Positions 51,817-60,947 of a DNA stretch of 64,000 nt are shown piece after piece (the stretch's first letter is position 1; each line of letters begins with the position of its first letter). The DNA is from Candidatus Cloacimonadales bacterium (GTDB lineage: Bacteria > Cloacimonadota > Cloacimonadia > Cloacimonadales > JAIOQZ01): positions 1,152,001 through 1,216,000 of the forward strand of contig OY771587.1 of the NCBI GenBank assembly GCA_963674825.1. Reading direction: 5' to 3'. A model generated the notes under the pieces. The model was given only the letters and a program-made list of their open reading frames with translations. It had not been told where the DNA came from and did not search any database. Position numbers and translations under genes: made by a program.

Positions 51817-53072
51817 AGCGATGCCTGCTGCTGACCTACTATTTTCCACCCTGCGGCGGTGCAGGTGTGCAGCGATGGGTGCGCTTCCTGCGTTACCTTC
51901 CCGAAAACGGCTGGCTACCGACGGTCATCACGACTCAGAACGGCGATTATCCGGTGATCGACGATAGCCTGCTTGCGACAATCCCCTCCGAGATCGAAAT
52001 CATTCGCACGCACACGCCGTCCTACAAAGGACTATTTCGCATGTTCGCCGGGAAAAAGGCGACTATCCCCTATGGTGATTTCAGCACCGGCAAGACGGAT
52101 TCGCCGCTGAAGAAGCTGGCTTTCCAGTTGCGCCTCCACCTGGTAGCACCCGATATGCGTATCATGTGGAATCCCTACCTGTATAAAGCCGCGTTGCAGG
52201 AGCTTCGCACTAAGCCTTACGACTGCGTCGTGACCAGTGCGCCGCCACATTCAACACATCTTGTAGGCATGAAGCTGAGAAGGCGATTCGGAGTACCATG
52301 GCTTGCCGATTTCCGCGATCCCTGGACAAAGGTTTTCTACCTTCAACAGCAAAAGCAAAACCCGATCATTCGCTGGATCAACCGACGCATGGAGAAACGG
52401 GTAATCGCGTCTGCCGACCTGAATCTGATCATCACGAAGTTCATCGCGGAAGAGCTCCCAAAGGGAAACAAGCAGGTACTTTATAACGGGTACGATTCCG
52501 AAGATTTTCGGCATGCGACATATCAGCGGCAAGATAAATTCCGGGTGAAGTATATCGGCAAGGTGACGCAAGGTCAGGACATTTCGATTGCAATTCGTGC
52601 ATTGCAGGAGCTACGCGATGAGGGGCTGGACAAACTCGAGATGGTCTTTGTGGGTACATGGCCGGAGCAGGAAACACTTTTCAAGCAAGATTTCGTCCGC
52701 TATCTACCGCAGATGTCTCACGAAAAGGCTGTAGAGCAGATTGTGGACGCGGAAGCGCTGCTGTTGCTGATCAATCAGTATCCGGGCAGTAAAGGGATGC
52801 TGACGACCAAGCTGTTCGAGTACATCGGCTCGGGCACGCCAGTTGTTTCCCTGGGAGATACGACAGGTGAAGCTGCAGCGGTGCTCAGAGATTTCCATGC
52901 GGGTATAATGATCGATTATGTAGATATTAATGCGTTCAAGCAGGAGATCAAAAGACTTTATCAGAGCTGGGAGAACGGTACGCCCATCCGAAACAATGGG
53001 GATACATCGAGCATCTCGGCAAAAAAGCAGACAACTCAGCTAGCTGACTTCATGAGCAGTATCACAAAATAG
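51813..53072 (+). CDS. Glycosyltransferase family 4
   Basis: YYFPP.GGAGVQR, SAPPHSTH, DFRDPW, NGYD, KLFEY. Confidence 0.88.
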   Translation: MKRCLLLTYYFPPCGGAGVQRWVRFLRYLPENGWLPTVITTQNGDYPVIDDSLLATIPSEIEIIRTHTPSYKGLFRMFAGKKATIPYGDFSTGKTDSPLKKLAFQLRLHLVAPDMRIMWNPYLYKAALQELRTKPYDCVVTSAPPHSTHLVGMKLRRRFGVPWLADFRDPWTKVFYLQQQKQNPIIRWINRRMEKRVIASADLNLIITKFIAEELPKGNKQVLYNGYDSEDFRHATYQRQDKFRVKYIGKVTQGQDISIAIRALQELRDEGLDKLEMVFVGTWPEQETLFKQDFVRYLPQMSHEKAVEQIVDAEALLLLINQYPGSKGMLTTKLFEYIGSGTPVVSLGDTTGEAAAVLRDFHAGIMIDYVDINAFKQEIKRLYQSWENGTPIRNNGDTSSISAKKQTTQLADFMSSITK

Positions 53073-53091
53073 TAGGATATCCTGTAGCTTC

Positions 53092-53358
53092 TTATTCCTC
53101 GCCCTCTTTGAATCGCTCGACCATCGTGTAGAATTCGGGGGCAGTCTTTTTCGAGACGTTTCCCACAGGCATCGTGTCGAGCTTAAGCTTGGAATACCAT
53201 CCGAAGACGGAGTATTCGATTTCATCTCCAGCGCTGACATTCGCGCTTGCCTTGGCTGGTTTACCATTGATTTTGACAAGCCCCTTATCGCAGGCGTTCT
53301 TCGCCATACTGCGCGTTTTCATCAGGCACAGCGTGTTAAGCAGTTGATCGATACGCAT
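53092..53358 (-). CDS. S4-domain RNA-binding protein (Hsp15/RqcP-like)
   Basis: MRIDQLL…KTRSMAK.AC..G.VKING..AKAS..V..GD. Confidence 0.88.
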   Translation of the reverse strand: MRIDQLLNTLCLMKTRSMAKNACDKGLVKINGKPAKASANVSAGDEIEYSVFGWYSKLKLDTMPVGNVSKKTAPEFYTMVERFKEGEE

Positions 53359-53483
53359 ATATACCTCGTTTCTATAATGGATGCCATATTAGCAACCGAT
53401 TGAATTACGGGCAATTTTTTTCCTTGCCATATTTTCCTGTATCATAATTTTGACTTTCACATGAAAATGCAAGGAGCTTGTAA

Positions 53484-54044
53484 ATGGCTGGAATGAATGA
53501 TCTCCGAAACGGAATGGTGATAAACTGGCGAGATAAACTCTGGGAAGTAGTGGAATTCCTCCACGTGAAACCGGGTAAAGGCGCCGCTTTCGTACGTTCG
53601 AAACTGAAAGACGTGATGACGGGACAGGTCATTGAAAACACCTTCCGTTCCAGCGACAAGTTTGTCGAAGTTCGTATCGAGAAGCAGAAGAAGCAGTATC
53701 TGTATTTTGATGGCAGCTTCTATGTGTTTATGGATAACGACACCTTCGAACAGATGTCTGTGCCGGAAGAGGTTATTGGCGATCTGGCTCTTTACATGAC
53801 CGAGAATATTGAGGTTTGGATGCGCATCGACCCGACCGGCAAGATCATCGGTATCGAGCTTCCGATAACCGTCGAGATGGAAATTGCCGACTGCGAACCG
53901 AACGTAAAAGGCAATACAGCATCCGGTGGTGGCAAGGGAGCTACTACGCAGACTGGACTGAAGATAACGGTCCCGTTTTTCATCGAAATCGGTGACAAAG
54001 TGAAGATTGATACGCGTTCAGGTGACTACCTCGAACGTGTGTAA
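53484..54044 (+). CDS. efp: Translation elongation factor P
   Basis: HVKPGKGAAF, QYLY, FMD..TFEQ, KGNTA, VPFFI..GD…DTR.G.Y. Confidence 0.97.
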   Translation: MAGMNDLRNGMVINWRDKLWEVVEFLHVKPGKGAAFVRSKLKDVMTGQVIENTFRSSDKFVEVRIEKQKKQYLYFDGSFYVFMDNDTFEQMSVPEEVIGDLALYMTENIEVWMRIDPTGKIIGIELPITVEMEIADCEPNVKGNTASGGGKGATTQTGLKITVPFFIEIGDKVKIDTRSGDYLERV

Positions 54045-54063
54045 TGAAAAAATAAAAAAATAC

Positions 54064-54094
54064 TTGACAACCTAATCTGCATAGGTGAGATTAT
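54064..54094 (+). promoter_or_regulatory. Possible promoter with an inverted repeat in the spacer
   Basis: A-tract, TTGACA, then ACCTA-N7-TAGGT; the -10 is weak. Confidence 0.4.
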
Positions 54095-54115
54095 CTATGT
54101 TGATGCGGAGGAAAA

Positions 54116-54322
54116 ATGGCTAAAGGTAGAGCTTTTGCAGCGAAATTGGCACATGAGATCTCGACCGAAGGTAAAGTGATTTGCCCCGTTTGCAACACTG
54201 AAGTGAAGCAAGTGAAACTGATTCGGGCAAGAAAATCCAAAAGCGAGAGCTGGCAACCCCGGTACGAATTCGTCAAAATGTGCAAATGCAATGAAAATGA
54301 TGTTATGAGCGGTAAAGTTTAG
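54116..54322 (+). CDS. Small basic zinc-ribbon protein, possibly a DUF4295/ribosomal bL38-like homolog
   Basis: GGAGGA RBS; MAK start; CPVC…CKC; Lys/Arg-rich; own terminator. Confidence 0.75.
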   Translation: MAKGRAFAAKLAHEISTEGKVICPVCNTEVKQVKLIRARKSKSESWQPRYEFVKMCKCNENDVMSGKV

Positions 54323-54357
54323 AGTTCTCACACCCTACATAAAATGCCCTCCTAGCG

Positions 54358-54396
54358 AATACCCTCTAGTCGCCCGATTAGAGGGTATTTCATTTT
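54358..54396 (+). terminator. Rho-independent terminator
   Basis: AATACCCTCTAGTC/GATTAGAGGGTATT hairpin plus T-rich tail. Confidence 0.7.
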
Positions 54397-54750
54397 ATCA
54401 AAACTCGTTTCCAATCCTTCCCGACAATACACCAATCGAATTTATCCACTACTGTCAGAAATGCGCTCGGTCTGCGGTCCCGCCTTATGTTTGTAATGGA
54501 ATTTGCAGGAATTAACCCTCATCCCCCGCCTTCTCCCGCAAGCGGAAGAAGGAGCTATAAGGTATGGCAATGCAAGATGTCTATAATGCTCCGATCGCGT
54601 GCGGGTAAAAGATATGATTCAAGATTGGGCAAATTCCCTTCCAATCACAAGGACGCCCCACCCACCCGATCTTTGAGCGCATTTCTTCTGCCTGGTGAGC
54701 GCTACGAAGCAATAGTGGATGCGTCGTTGATTGCCGTATCGAGGGAAAAA

Positions 54751-54857
54751 AGAGATGCCAAGCTAGGGCTTGGCGATCCAAGGAGAGAAAAGAGAGATGC
54801 AGTCGCTTGAAGATTCCAGATTTTGTGCAAAACCTACAGGAGCTCTGCGTACCCAGG
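54751..54857. repeat. Two units of the ATGC(CA/AG)AGC palindromic family; the second is interrupted by a GATTC-hairpin insert
   Basis: GCCAAGC-tagg-GCTTGGC intact; AGAGATGCAG…[insert]…AGGAGCTCTGCGTACCCAGG. Confidence 0.7.
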
Positions 54858-54911
54858 ATAGAAAAAGGGACAGACGCAGCGGCCTGTCCCAAAATGTATA
54901 ACTTCTATCTA

Positions 54912-56096
54912 TCAGTTGATCTTTGCGAGTGCGTTATCGAGATCGGAGATAATGTCCTCGATATCCTCGATACCGACGGAGAGGCGTACCAGCTCATCGG
55001 AGATACCGGCTTTGATACGGCCTTCGGGAGACACGCGGGAGTGGGTCATGGAAGCCGGATGCTGGATCAGTGTTTCGACACCGCCAAGTGACACGGCGAG
55101 CGTAGCCAGATGGACGTTGTCCATGAGTGTCTTTCCTGCGTCGAGTCCACCCTTGAGTCCAAAGGATATCATCGCGCCGAAACCCTTCATCTGCTTCTTC
55201 GCCAATTCGTGCTGCGGATGTGACTCGAGTCCCGGGTAGCGAATCCAAGCCACTTTCGGGTGATCCTCGAGGTAACGGGCGACTTTCATGGCGTTTTCCT
55301 GACCGCGTTCGACGCGGATGGAGAGGGTCTTCAGACCGCGATAGGCGAGGTATGCCTGATGCGGATCGATGTTCGGGCCCATGGTCGCCATCGTAGAATA
55401 AAGCGAGCGATAATCTTCTTCCGTCTTCGCGATAATGATTCCTCCCACGATATCGGCATGGCCGTTGATGAACTTGGTCATGGAGTGGAGAACAACGTCT
55501 GCCCCGAGTTCGAACGGACGCTGAAGGTACGGGCTGCAGAAGGTGTTATCGACGACAAGAGGGAAACCGTTGGCATGCGCGAGATTGGCACAGGCCTGAA
55601 TGTCGCTGATAACGATGGTCGGATTTGCGGGGGTTTCGATATAGAGCAACTTGGTGTTTGGCTTGATCGCGTTCTTGATCTCCTCGATATCCGAGGTATC
55701 CACAAAATCCGCTTCGACGCCAAAACGCTTGAAGTATTTCTCCAGTACACCGCGTGACGGACCGTAAACCGCCTCCGAGCATACGATGTGCGCGCCTTGG
55801 GAGAGGTAGTTCATATAAACGGTGGTGACTGCACCCATGCCTGAGGCTGTCGCGATTCCGCCGAAGCCGCCTTCGAGCTGTGCTACCGCATCTTCGAGCG
55901 CTTTAGTGGTAGGATTGCCGAGGCGTGTGTAGATAAAGCCATCGTCCTCACCGGCAAAACAAGCCGCACCATGATCGGCGTTCTTGAATGCAAACGTCGA
56001 TGTCTGATAGATGGGGATGGAAACGCTGAGATATTGATCGGGAAAGTGTCCCGCGTGAATTTGCTTCGTATTGAAACCCAGTTTTCTGGTGTCCAT
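54912..56096 (-). CDS. megL: Methionine gamma-lyase (Cys/Met PLP-dependent family)
   Basis: PIYQTSTF, YTRLGNPT, SGMGA, ETPANP, DNTF, HSMTKFINGH, AVSLGGVETLIQHPASMTH. Confidence 0.8.
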   Translation of the reverse strand: MDTRKLGFNTKQIHAGHFPDQYLSVSIPIYQTSTFAFKNADHGAACFAGEDDGFIYTRLGNPTTKALEDAVAQLEGGFGGIATASGMGAVTTVYMNYLSQGAHIVCSEAVYGPSRGVLEKYFKRFGVEADFVDTSDIEEIKNAIKPNTKLLYIETPANPTIVISDIQACANLAHANGFPLVVDNTFCSPYLQRPFELGADVVLHSMTKFINGHADIVGGIIIAKTEEDYRSLYSTMATMGPNIDPHQAYLAYRGLKTLSIRVERGQENAMKVARYLEDHPKVAWIRYPGLESHPQHELAKKQMKGFGAMISFGLKGGLDAGKTLMDNVHLATLAVSLGGVETLIQHPASMTHSRVSPEGRIKAGISDELVRLSVGIEDIEDIISDLDNALAKIN

Positions 56097-56375
56097 AGAT
56101 TCTCCTTCTTAATGATTGTAGCCAGAAAATTCGTACCGACGATTCTGTCTAATGAAATTAATATATACCTCGAACTGCCGGTAAGCATTCATTATTTTAC
56201 CGCAACAAACGATACGAGATTCCACAAAGCGCTTAAGACTGGGCATTCGGCCACTTTCGTATGTTCGTACAGAACCACGCCGAAAAAAGTTGACGACAAA
56301 ATCATCTACAGGTAATTGATAAATGAATTTCATATTTGAATATTCACGAGATAGATATTTTATGGAGGACCCAAG

Positions 56376-56957
56376 ATGAAGATTATACCTCGTTGGGAAT
56401 GGAGAACATTCGGCAATGACCTTCAAGGATACATGAAGGAATTCGAGCAATTCGAAAGCGCTGGCGTCAAGGCAAGCGAAGAGACCTATATCCTCTCACG
56501 GAAGAGTGACGACAACATCAAAATCCGCTTCGAGAAAGTCGATATGAAGACCATGCTCCGGCGCAGCCCGGACGGTATCGAACAATGGACGGTGCTTGGA
56601 AAGAACGGTTTCCCGGTAGACATCAACCAACTCGCGCTTATCTTCAAAGCATTCGGCTTCCCGATTCCCTGGCTCGATAAAGACGAATACGAATACAACG
56701 AATTCATGAGCGGAATCGTCGGGAACCTGCCCGACCTGACCACGGTGGAAGTCACCAAAACACGCAATATTTTCATTATCGACAAGGTGATCTGCGAATT
56801 CGCGGAAGTTACGTTTAACCAGCAGCCCATCCAGACGATCGCCTTCGAACACGAGGACATCGAGCTGGTTCGCAAGCTGGCCGAACGCTTCAAGAAACCC
56901 GGGATGCAGAACATCAACTACATCCAGGCAATGAAAAAAGCGGCAGGAATGATCTGA
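56376..56957 (+). CDS. CYTH/triphosphate-tunnel-like protein
   Basis: GGAGG RBS; N-terminal RWEWR (ExExK-like), E.Y, KIR…D.K, K.R, E, E, C-terminal NY. Confidence 0.6.
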   Translation: MKIIPRWEWRTFGNDLQGYMKEFEQFESAGVKASEETYILSRKSDDNIKIRFEKVDMKTMLRRSPDGIEQWTVLGKNGFPVDINQLALIFKAFGFPIPWLDKDEYEYNEFMSGIVGNLPDLTTVEVTKTRNIFIIDKVICEFAEVTFNQQPIQTIAFEHEDIELVRKLAERFKKPGMQNINYIQAMKKAAGMI

Positions 56958-56980
56958 TCGCACATGATAGGGGGAGAGTC

Positions 56981-57895
56981 ATGAAACGCATCGCAATACT
57001 GGACATCGGAACTAATTCCATCAAATTCCACGCAGCCGAAAAGACAGACCAGGGCGTCAACGTCCTGCACGATACCAACAACATCTCACGCCTCGGAGAC
57101 GGCATGACCCGCACCGGTATGCTCTCCGACGAAGCCATGGATCGCAACATCGAAGCGCTGCGCGAGTTCATGCAGCTCGCCAAAGACAAATACGATATCG
57201 ATAACTTCACCGCCGTAGGCACCATGTGCCTGCGTACCGCGAAAAACGCTCGAGATTTCACCGAACGCGCACGCAACGAACTCGGGCTGATTATCAATGT
57301 CTTGCCGGGCGAAGAAGAAGCGCGGCTTTCATATCTGGCGGTTGTATCGGGCGTTGGCGTCGGCAATGAAGATGTTCTCATCATCGATACCGGCGGCGGC
57401 AGCACCGAATTCATCTTTGGTCACGGCGACGACATCAAGAAGCGATTCAGCCTTGATATCGGCGCGGTGCTGATCACCGAAAACATCCTGATATCCGACC
57501 CGGTCGCAGCCGACGAGCTGCTACGCGCCAGAACCTACATCGAGAGCTTTTTCGACAAGAACGAGGTTAAGGGAAACATCACCCGTCTGGTGGGCATCGG
57601 AGGAACAGTGACAAGCCTTTGCGCAGTGATGCACAAGATGGAGAAGTTCAATCCTGACATCGTGCAGGGGAGCGTCATCAGCCTGAAAGAGGTGCAACAG
57701 CAGATCGAGAGCTACACCTCTAAGACGATCGAACAACGCAAGACCATCACTGGGCTGCAACCCAAGCGCGCGGATGTGATCCTCGCTGGCGCATTGATCC
57801 TCGAAGCTATCATGAAACGATTCAACGTTGAAGGCCTGGTGGTGAGCGATCGGGGCCTGCGCCACGGACTGACCTACGAAAAACTTGGAGGATAG
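56981..57895 (+). CDS. Ppx/GppA family phosphatase (short, two-domain form)
   Basis: DIGTNSIK, RLGDG, T..LR.AKN, GEEEARLSY, DTGGGSTE, GIGGT, RADVILAG, GLRHG. Confidence 0.93.
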   Translation: MKRIAILDIGTNSIKFHAAEKTDQGVNVLHDTNNISRLGDGMTRTGMLSDEAMDRNIEALREFMQLAKDKYDIDNFTAVGTMCLRTAKNARDFTERARNELGLIINVLPGEEEARLSYLAVVSGVGVGNEDVLIIDTGGGSTEFIFGHGDDIKKRFSLDIGAVLITENILISDPVAADELLRARTYIESFFDKNEVKGNITRLVGIGGTVTSLCAVMHKMEKFNPDIVQGSVISLKEVQQQIESYTSKTIEQRKTITGLQPKRADVILAGALILEAIMKRFNVEGLVVSDRGLRHGLTYEKLGG

Positions 57896-57905
57896 GGCAA
57901 CACAA

Positions 57906-59438
57906 ATGGTAAAAGCGACCAGAATTCTCACCGTCGTCATCCTCGTCGCCATCATGTTTTCCTGCGCCAAATCGAGCGACAACGCCTTTCCGAACAAACC
58001 GATCAAGATCGTCGTCTATACAGCCCCTGGCGGATTGATCGACATTACGGCACGAAAGTTCACTGATGTTGCCGCCAAATACACAGACGCCACCTTTGTG
58101 GTGGAAAATCGCCCCGGTGCCGGCGGCGTTGTGGGTATGCAGAGCGTTCTGCAAGCGCCTGCCGACGGCTACACCATTTTCGCGGGAACCAAATCCAATA
58201 TATCGTTCCTTGTCGGCGCAGACGCAGCCGTGAATTCAGATGATCTCAACTGGTTTGCCATGCTCATGGCCGATCCCGAATGCGTGATTACCAACAACAA
58301 GGCCGATATCAATACCTGGGAAGATATCGTCGAGGACGCCAAATCGCGTCCCGGCGAACAGATATGGCTCGGTCCCGATACCGGTGGACTCGATCACATC
58401 ATGGCGATGAAGCTCTGGGAACGCAGCGGCATTCAGTGCAAATGGATCCCCTTCAAGAGCGGCGGCGCCGCCAAGACAGCATTGCTGGGCGGACAGGGAG
58501 TTTGCTACGTGGGCAATCCCCGCGATATCGGTGGCAATCCAGACCTGAAAATCGCAGCGATCTCCGCAGAGAAACGGCTTCCACAATTCCCGGACGCTCC
58601 CACCTTCACCGAACTTGGTCTTCCCCGGCTCGAGCACGAGATTATGTGGCGCGGATTCGCTGTAAAAAAAGAAACACCCAAGAAAGCGCTGGCGTGGTTC
58701 TCGGATCTGATTGATGACGTAACGCAAGATCCGGACTGGCGCGGATTCTGGGAAAAGGGTGGTATCGAAGTCGTCCATTATGGCCCAGAGCGATTCCAGA
58801 AAATCGTGGAGCTCGACCGCATGGAATTCCACCACTATCTTTCCAGCCTTGGGCTGATCGAACCAGAACAGCGCCCCATGGACGGTCCCGGACAGCGTGG
58901 GCTCAACATGGAACTAATGACGTTCGGCATCCTCATGGTGCAGATCCTGCTGTTCTTCATCGCGGGAATCCGGCTTAAAAAAAGGGTGTTTAACTACACC
59001 GGCAGGATCCTCTTCCCCATCTTTTTCATCAGCCTGTCGCTGTTCTTCTTGATGCTCTCAACGCGCTTTTCAAGTGGCGAAAGCTACGGCCCGGCGGTGG
59101 TTCCGAGGTTATGGTCCATCTTCCTCGCTCTCTTCAGTGTAATCCTCTATATCAAGGTGCTCGCAGGCAAGGAAGAGCCCGACCCCAAGCCCGGAAGAAT
59201 GGACATCGTTTTCCGATTCATCGTGCTCCTGGCGCTCTATATTCCTGCGATTAACTACATCGGCTATATGATCTCAACAATCATCTTCCTTCCGCTGGCA
59301 ATGCTACTTCTTGGATACCGTAAAACCATCGCGATCGTTCTGATCACCATACTCTGGGCAGTGGTGTCGTACCTCCTCTTCTTCAAGCTGTTGCACGTCG
59401 CGCTGCCCGTAGGCATCCTCTGGACTTCGCTCGGGTAG
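57906..59438 (+). CDS. Tripartite tricarboxylate transporter TctC (lipoprotein) fused to TctB
   Basis: Lipobox FSC; FPNKPIKIVV..APGG..D..AR, NRPGAGG, DGYT, PTF.ELG, WRG; then about 5 TMs with TctB-like GPAVVP…IGY.IST…F..LL.V.LP.G. Confidence 0.88.
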   Translation: MVKATRILTVVILVAIMFSCAKSSDNAFPNKPIKIVVYTAPGGLIDITARKFTDVAAKYTDATFVVENRPGAGGVVGMQSVLQAPADGYTIFAGTKSNISFLVGADAAVNSDDLNWFAMLMADPECVITNNKADINTWEDIVEDAKSRPGEQIWLGPDTGGLDHIMAMKLWERSGIQCKWIPFKSGGAAKTALLGGQGVCYVGNPRDIGGNPDLKIAAISAEKRLPQFPDAPTFTELGLPRLEHEIMWRGFAVKKETPKKALAWFSDLIDDVTQDPDWRGFWEKGGIEVVHYGPERFQKIVELDRMEFHHYLSSLGLIEPEQRPMDGPGQRGLNMELMTFGILMVQILLFFIAGIRLKKRVFNYTGRILFPIFFISLSLFFLMLSTRFSSGESYGPAVVPRLWSIFLALFSVILYIKVLAGKEEPDPKPGRMDIVFRFIVLLALYIPAINYIGYMISTIIFLPLAMLLLGYRKTIAIVLITILWAVVSYLLFFKLLHVALPVGILWTSLG

Positions 59439-59444
59439 GTCACG

Positions 59445-60941
59445 ATGGAAATACTGACACATCTGCTTGAAGGATTTGGCTATATAGGCGGTTGGGCTCC
59501 TATGATCGCAATTGTTACAGGCGTAATCTTCGGTATCCTTGCCGGCGCTATGCCTGGGCTCTCTCCATCGATGGGTGTCGCGCTCTTGGTGCCTTTCACC
59601 TACGCACTCGATCCGTCATTGGCCCTTATCCTTCTCATCTCCATCTACATTGCAGCAAATTACGGCGGATCGATCACCGCGGTCACCATCAACGCACCCG
59701 GTACCGCCTCCGCGGTCGTCACCGCGTTCGATGGCTATCCGCTGACGAAAAAAGGCAAACCCGGCGTGGGACTCGGCATCTCGCTGATTTCATCAACAGT
59801 TGGCGGCATCGTCGGCACATTGATCCTGATATTCTTCTCCGTCCCGCTGGCGAAAGTCACCTTGAAGTTTCATCCCGCTGAATACTTCGCGCTGGCCTTT
59901 TTCGGACTTACCACCGTCGCGTCCCTGGGCGGAAAAAACTGGCTCAAAGCCTTCACAGCCGTATTTCTCGGGTTACTTCTTCGCACCATCGGAACTGAGC
60001 AGACCGGCATCAACCGGTTTTCCTTCGGCATTACCGAACTTTTCGATGGTTTCAACCTCATCCCGATCCTGATCGGGCTCTTCGCGCTCAGCGAGGTGTT
60101 CCGGCAGTTCGAGGCACATGAATTCGAAGTGCAGAAGTTTGAAGGCGGCAAATCACACTGGCCTTCCATTCCCGAATACTGGCGCTTGAAATGGACCATT
60201 CTGCGTTCATCAGTGATCGGTACCATTATCGGCATTTTCCCCGGTGCAGGCGCGACCATCGCGTCATTCATCTCCTATGATATCTCCAAGCGCATGAGCA
60301 AGAATCCCGACGAATACGGCAACGGCTCACCGGAAGGCGTCGCGGCAGCCGAGGCATCGAACAGTAGTTCCGTAGGTGGAGCGTTGGTTCCGCTTCTTAC
60401 ACTTGGCATCCCGGGAAGTGCTTCGACGGCAGTGCTCATCGGCGCACTGATGATTCACGATCTCGATCCCGGACCGCGGCTCTTCGAGACAGCGCCGGAA
60501 GTCGTTTACGGACTTTTCGCAAGCCTCCTGGTCGCCAACTTCGTCCTGCTGGCGCTCGGGCTCCTGGGCAGCAAGCTGTGGATCAAGGTAACGCAAGTCC
60601 CACGTGAGGTACTATTCCCCCTCATCTTTGCTGTATCGATCATCGGGGCTTTCGCGGTAAACAACTCCCTTTTCGACGTAGCCTCCTGTGTGGGCTTCGG
60701 AATTCTGGGCTGGCTGATGAGACGCCACGGCTATCCGGTTGCGCCGGTGGTGCTCGGAATCGTGCTGGGACGCATCGCGGAAGAGAACTTCCGAAACGCC
60801 GTCAAAATGGGAGGTTATGAAATTTTCTTTACAAGACCAATCAGTTTAGCAATCTTGAGTGTTGCGGTGATTTCCGTGTTGGTGCCGATGACAAGAGGCT
60901 TCTTCAAGAAGAAATCCACCGCCAATGTTGATACGAGGTAA
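59445..60941 (+). CDS. tctA: Tripartite tricarboxylate transporter permease TctA
   Basis: GAMPGL, YGGSI…N.PG, DGYP, PGAGA, G…[18 protein letters not shown]. Confidence 0.93.
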   Translation: MEILTHLLEGFGYIGGWAPMIAIVTGVIFGILAGAMPGLSPSMGVALLVPFTYALDPSLALILLISIYIAANYGGSITAVTINAPGTASAVVTAFDGYPLTKKGKPGVGLGISLISSTVGGIVGTLILIFFSVPLAKVTLKFHPAEYFALAFFGLTTVASLGGKNWLKAFTAVFLGLLLRTIGTEQTGINRFSFGITELFDGFNLIPILIGLFALSEVFRQFEAHEFEVQKFEGGKSHWPSIPEYWRLKWTILRSSVIGTIIGIFPGAGATIASFISYDISKRMSKNPDEYGNGSPEGVAAAEASNSSSVGGALVPLLTLGIPGSASTAVLIGALMIHDLDPGPRLFETAPEVVYGLFASLLVANFVLLALGLLGSKLWIKVTQVPREVLFPLIFAVSIIGAFAVNNSLFDVASCVGFGILGWLMRRHGYPVAPVVLGIVLGRIAEENFRNAVKMGGYEIFFTRPISLAILSVAVISVLVPMTRGFFKKKSTANVDTR

Positions 60942-60947
60942 GACATT

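Noticed and set aside
54487..55091. Short ORFs of about 100 aa in the gap before the megL end
   Set aside because: They run through palindromic repeats and have no RBS or protein-like features
56097..56375. SAM riboswitch upstream of megL, or Pho box upstream of the phosphate operon
   Set aside because: No SAM-I conserved core and no clear 11-bp direct repeats seen
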